Origin: the human T2T-CHM13v2.0 reference genome, Homo sapiens
NCBI RefSeq assembly: GCF_009914755.1
Contig: NC_060931.1
DNA length: 64,000 nt
Reading direction: 5' to 3' (one strand)
A model generated the notes under the pieces. The model was not told where the DNA came from. It saw only the letters and a program-made list of their open reading frames with translations, and searched no databases. Positions 59,823 to 64,000 of the stretch are shown here, piece after piece. The position numbers and the translations under genes were made by a program. How positions within the stretch are numbered: the first letter of the stretch is position 1; the number at the start of each line of letters is the position of its first letter.

Positions 59823-61392
59823 TGAGCTAGTTCTTTAGTAGTTAAACATTTCAAATTGGCTTTTCTCCTTCTGTATTTCCATACCACTTTTCAGCCAAGA
59901 ATCCTATCATAATGTAATCTATTATGCCCGACATCTTTTAATCATTCACCCCATTACTTCTTGTCAACAAAAAATATAAATGGAAATTTTTTTTTTAGCT
60001 CTTGCTTTAAGTGTTTGTTTGTTATCTCAGTCCAGAACCAATATTATCGTAATTAATTATTGGTATATAATGAAAACGGTATTAATTCTTGGATGATTAA
60101 AAGTTTTTTTATTAGAATGTTCTTTATCCTAATTAGTTCATTTATCCAAGAATACATGAATGTGATTTACAGCTGAGATGGGGTTCAACCTCAGCTGTAT
60201 TCCTTGTTTCTGTATAGATGTAAGCACATAAATTCGATGGAATAGAATTACGTTAACAATGTTTTTACAGTTCTTTGGATTCCTTTGGCATTTTGACAAA
60301 GATCACAGTGCTCTATCATCAAGAATTATTAATGATGATCTATCAACTAACAAACAACTTGATTAGATTCTCCTTTAGTCTGTTGAAAGCAGAGAACTGA
60401 AATCCACCTGATTTACCATGGCTTTGCCAGCCAGTCATTAGCACCATTTACTTTTACTATCGCTGACATTTTCCTTTGTTCAGTGGCCCTGAGGTTCTTA
60501 CACTCTAGGGGGCAGTGCACCACAGGAAGATAGATCAATGAGGGAGGATTGCGAGGGGGAAGGGGAGGAAGCAGAGCTGGCAGGCCTTAGCTACAGGCTC
60601 TCTCTCAGGCAGATCCCTTTTAAGATACATACACCATGCCCACACATCCCATGGAGAGAGACCAATGCTTTAGTAGATTACAGAACAGCTATGAAAAGTC
60701 CATGAATGAAGATCACAAAAAGGAAGGCTTTCTTATTTCATACTGTATTCTTCAGGGTGGTAAAATTTCTGCTTTTGGCAAAAACATAACAGACGGTTCC
60801 AAACATCAGCATAAAGATCACTCATCCCATACCACCCACAGGTAGGGAGGAAGGATGCTGTAGTATATGAAAACAAAAGTTTTCACCTGAGCTGAGAGCA
60901 TTTAGCATATCGTGGTTCTGTAACAATATCAAGGACCAGTGCAGAATCTGGCTTTCTTTTCTGATAGGCTACCAGTGTGTGTTTATGTGTGCTCATTTTG
61001 TGGTTCTAATCATAATGGTACATATAATTAGGGAAGGATATGGAAGCCACTTTAGAATCTTATTCATTTTTAAATATAAATATGCCTTGTTTCAAACTTT
61101 GTTTTCTTGATTCAGGCTTTCTTTCCTGTGAGGGCTTGGTTTCCTTATTGTTGACTGCTTTGTTCTTTGCCTTGTCCTTCCCTATAAAGCCTGCATGGAA
61201 GACGTTTAATAGTGCAACTAAAAGAGAGTCAGCTGAGTGAGGCTTGTCAGCCAAAGCTGGAATGCTGAGCTATCTGGAGGAGATCCTAATAACCCAATTT
61301 GGGGATGGGGCCCAGGAATCTGCATTGGGAAGTCGGCCACCCTTCCCAGGTGATTGTTTAGTACAAACTTTTTGACAGATTAATTTCACTCA

Positions 61393-61698
<306 letters not shown>

Positions 61699-61846
61699 CT
61701 ATTAAGATAGGGTTTTAAATAAAGCTTTTTTCCTTTCCCTCACAGCTGTTTTGCACATATCTGGATGCAGTTATATTTCCTAAGTGCCAGTGCTTCACAT
61801 ATGTAACTGATGCATCAGTTCTCACAACAACCCTAGGAAGTAGCTA

Positions 61847-62056
61847 CAGGTTGAGCATCCCTAATCTGAAAAGGCGAAATCTGAAATGCTCCAAAATCCG
61901 AAAGTTTTTGAGTGCCACCATGATCCTTAAAGGAAGTGCCCAGTGGAACATTTTGGATTTTGGATTTATAATGCAAAGATTCTAAAATCCTAAAACATCT
62001 GAAATCTGAAAATACTTCTAAGTCCCAAGCATTTCGAATAAGGGATACTCAGCCTG
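61847..62056. mobile_element. Tigger4a/MER46-type MITE with intact TIRs
   Basis: TA|caggttgagcatccct ... agggatactcagcctg|TA. Confidence 0.85.
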
Positions 62057-62579
62057 TAATAATATATGGTTACATAGCACAGAAAATAGGAACCTGACTT
62101 TGAATCCAGGCCATTTGATTTACAGAGCCACCGATAGCAATGTACTCTATACCGGTTCTAAATACATACTGTAACTCCCCAAGAGGTTAAAAATGAAATA
62201 AAAGTTTAGAATATACACATATACCAAATATATACCAAGTACATAAAGTTTTAAACTGAACTTTGATAAGAGAGTTTGTAAAGTAAAAGGGTGGTGGTCT
62301 CTGTGGGATTCTAGAAGTTTCCTGATGTAATTAAGGGTACACAGCCCTGGCTCTTCTGGGTGGCGCAGTTATTCCCAACTTTGTTTCCCATTACCTGGAG
62401 AAAGTTTGTCCAGACCGTGGCTTCTAGAAGGACAGGTAGCAGCTCCCCAATCTCCTCCATCATCACTGTAAGTGAAGTCAGGTTCAGCCCCCACAGGCTC
62501 TGCTCATGGAGTAGGCCACCATTCCTTCCTACCACAAACCACATTTCTCGGACTGGAGAAGGGATTGCAGCACGCACGT

Positions 62580-64000
62580 TCATGTTAAAATGTGAACTTT
62601 AATTGTAAAAATCATTTTCTGTAAATATAGTTATATCAACCTCTCTGCACACAACTTGGTTCAGATATATACAGATATGATATTCATAGATGTTATTTGT
62701 ACCACAGAACAAAATCAATTCAAGAAACATTTACTTTTAGCTTCAGGATTAACCCCAGCTTTCTTTAGGCCTTAAAATTACCACCACTGGAAACAGAGAG
62801 AGAGCACGGCATACCTGGGCACACCAGTATTCAGGGCAAAATCTATGCAGTGTCTTACTAATTTCATACTATGAGGTAAAGACCCGAAACAAAAATAGAT
62901 TCAGTCTCTCGTATTGCTATAACTCTTAGGCTGGGGTATTAATCAAAATAGGATTTTTACATTTAAGGCGACAGGGAGGCTATGCTGATTCTAACTCAGA
63001 AAGAAATGGGAAAACAGTTTTTCTAAGGCTACAACTATTTGTTTAGGCTTATTTTCCCGGACCTATACAAAAATTCAGTCAACAAGTTTTGGGTAAATAA
63101 AGGAAATTCATTTTGCTTTCCTCTGCTCTGTCCCTGAAGTCACTCATCCAGGTTGGCTGCTCAAACACCAAGAATCTCCACCATTCTTCACTTGACAGTC
63201 TTTGTGGACACGTTAGACCCAAACTTTTTTTTGTATAACACCATCTTAAAATTTTTTAGTATACTTTATCTTTCTTTAGTTTACCCAAAGGAAGGAGTTT
63301 TCACTCTAATGTCAATATATTTGCAACCATCCAACTCAAAGACCTCTGTGTCGACTGTTCACTTTGTGGATCATCTCTGGCTCATTTAAAACATCCTGCC
63401 TCATCCCCACATTCGCTGACTGGCCTTAGAAAGCAAAGTAAATTTATTGTTAGTCTAAATAAGCATTCTATAGCAAACATAAGTAATTCACACCTGGCCT
63501 ACTATGAAAATTAAATTTTCTGAATTTAGATCATATTAGCTCTAAAAGCCCCACAGTATGCTAAAAATCGAAAATAAATTCTAAAAAGAGGAAAGCAAGG
63601 CTTTTGTCTCCATCATCATTTCTTTATATAGCACTAGAAAATTCTTATTCCCCTTCTAAATTTGCAATTTCATCCAACTGCCCCTAAATTCTAGTTCCAA
63701 AAACAAATTAAAGTGCCAGTTATAACACTACCTCCCACTCCCACCTCTCTCAAGAAAGAGGCCTAAAAATAAGAATGATGACATTTACCCTTTTTTGTAC
63801 TAGAGCTTTACTGAAGGTTGGTATTTTTATGTCAACCTTCCTAGGACTGTCAAGTCTGCCTCCTAAAGAGCGCTGTCAGGATTTCATAGCACAATCTCCT
63901 TATTCACTCTCCAAATTATTTACATAGTAAAACTTCTATGGGGTCTCAGCCACCACCAAATTACAAAACTGCCCATTTCTTCTAGAATAATAGTTTTAAA
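62580..64000 (-). other. DENND11: 3' UTR end of a convergent minus-strand gene, probably DENND11 (KIAA1147)
   Basis: Minus-strand ATTAAA at 62603-62598, GU-rich downstream element (GTGCGTG, TGTGGTTTGTGG) and no recognisable repeats. Gene identity comes from recalled chr7q34 gene order; no coding exon is present. Confidence 0.6.
62598..62603 (-). terminator. poly(A) signal ATTAAA of the convergent gene
   Basis: + strand reads tttaat; on the minus strand GU-rich sequence follows ~20-70 nt downstream. Confidence 0.55.

Larger units (their letters stand above)
58777..60120 (+). other. AGK: AGK 3' UTR (true end uncertain, may extend further)
   Basis: Follows the stop codon. AATAAA at 59731 and 59817, ATTAAA at 60096, with U-rich flanks. 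Confidence 0.75.

Overview
Human (primate) genomic DNA, AT-rich and full of Alu, L1, L2, MIR and DNA-transposon relics. The + strand carries the 3' part of AGK (mitochondrial acylglycerol kinase and TIM22 subunit; the Sengers syndrome gene). Thirteen coding exons (4-16 in the usual numbering, c.142-1269) were reconstructed with GT-AG boundaries. They splice into one continuous frame from VFGNQLIPP through the GGDG motif to REQMLTSPTQ*, followed by a 3' UTR with several poly(A) signals. The last ~1.4 kb looks like the 3' end of a convergent minus-strand gene, probably DENND11/KIAA1147 (identity recalled, not provable from this window). Almost all ORF-track entries are spurious; the real exceptions are Tigger1 transposase fragments. 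No new multi-gene system is evident. The most interesting unexplained structures are: (1) a candidate alternative last exon at 61746 that is in frame with exon 15, stays open for 79 codons into a Tigger4-type transposon and has its own AATAAA; (2) a candidate UG-repeat-guarded (TDP-43-type) poison exon in intron 5; (3) a 124-bp inverted templated insertion inside Tigger1; (4) an ancient intragenic duplication between introns 11 and 13, dated by nested insertions; (5) a symmetric catalytic exon 6 bracketed by inverted repeats. Repeat subfamily names and repeat boundaries were assigned by eye and are approximate.
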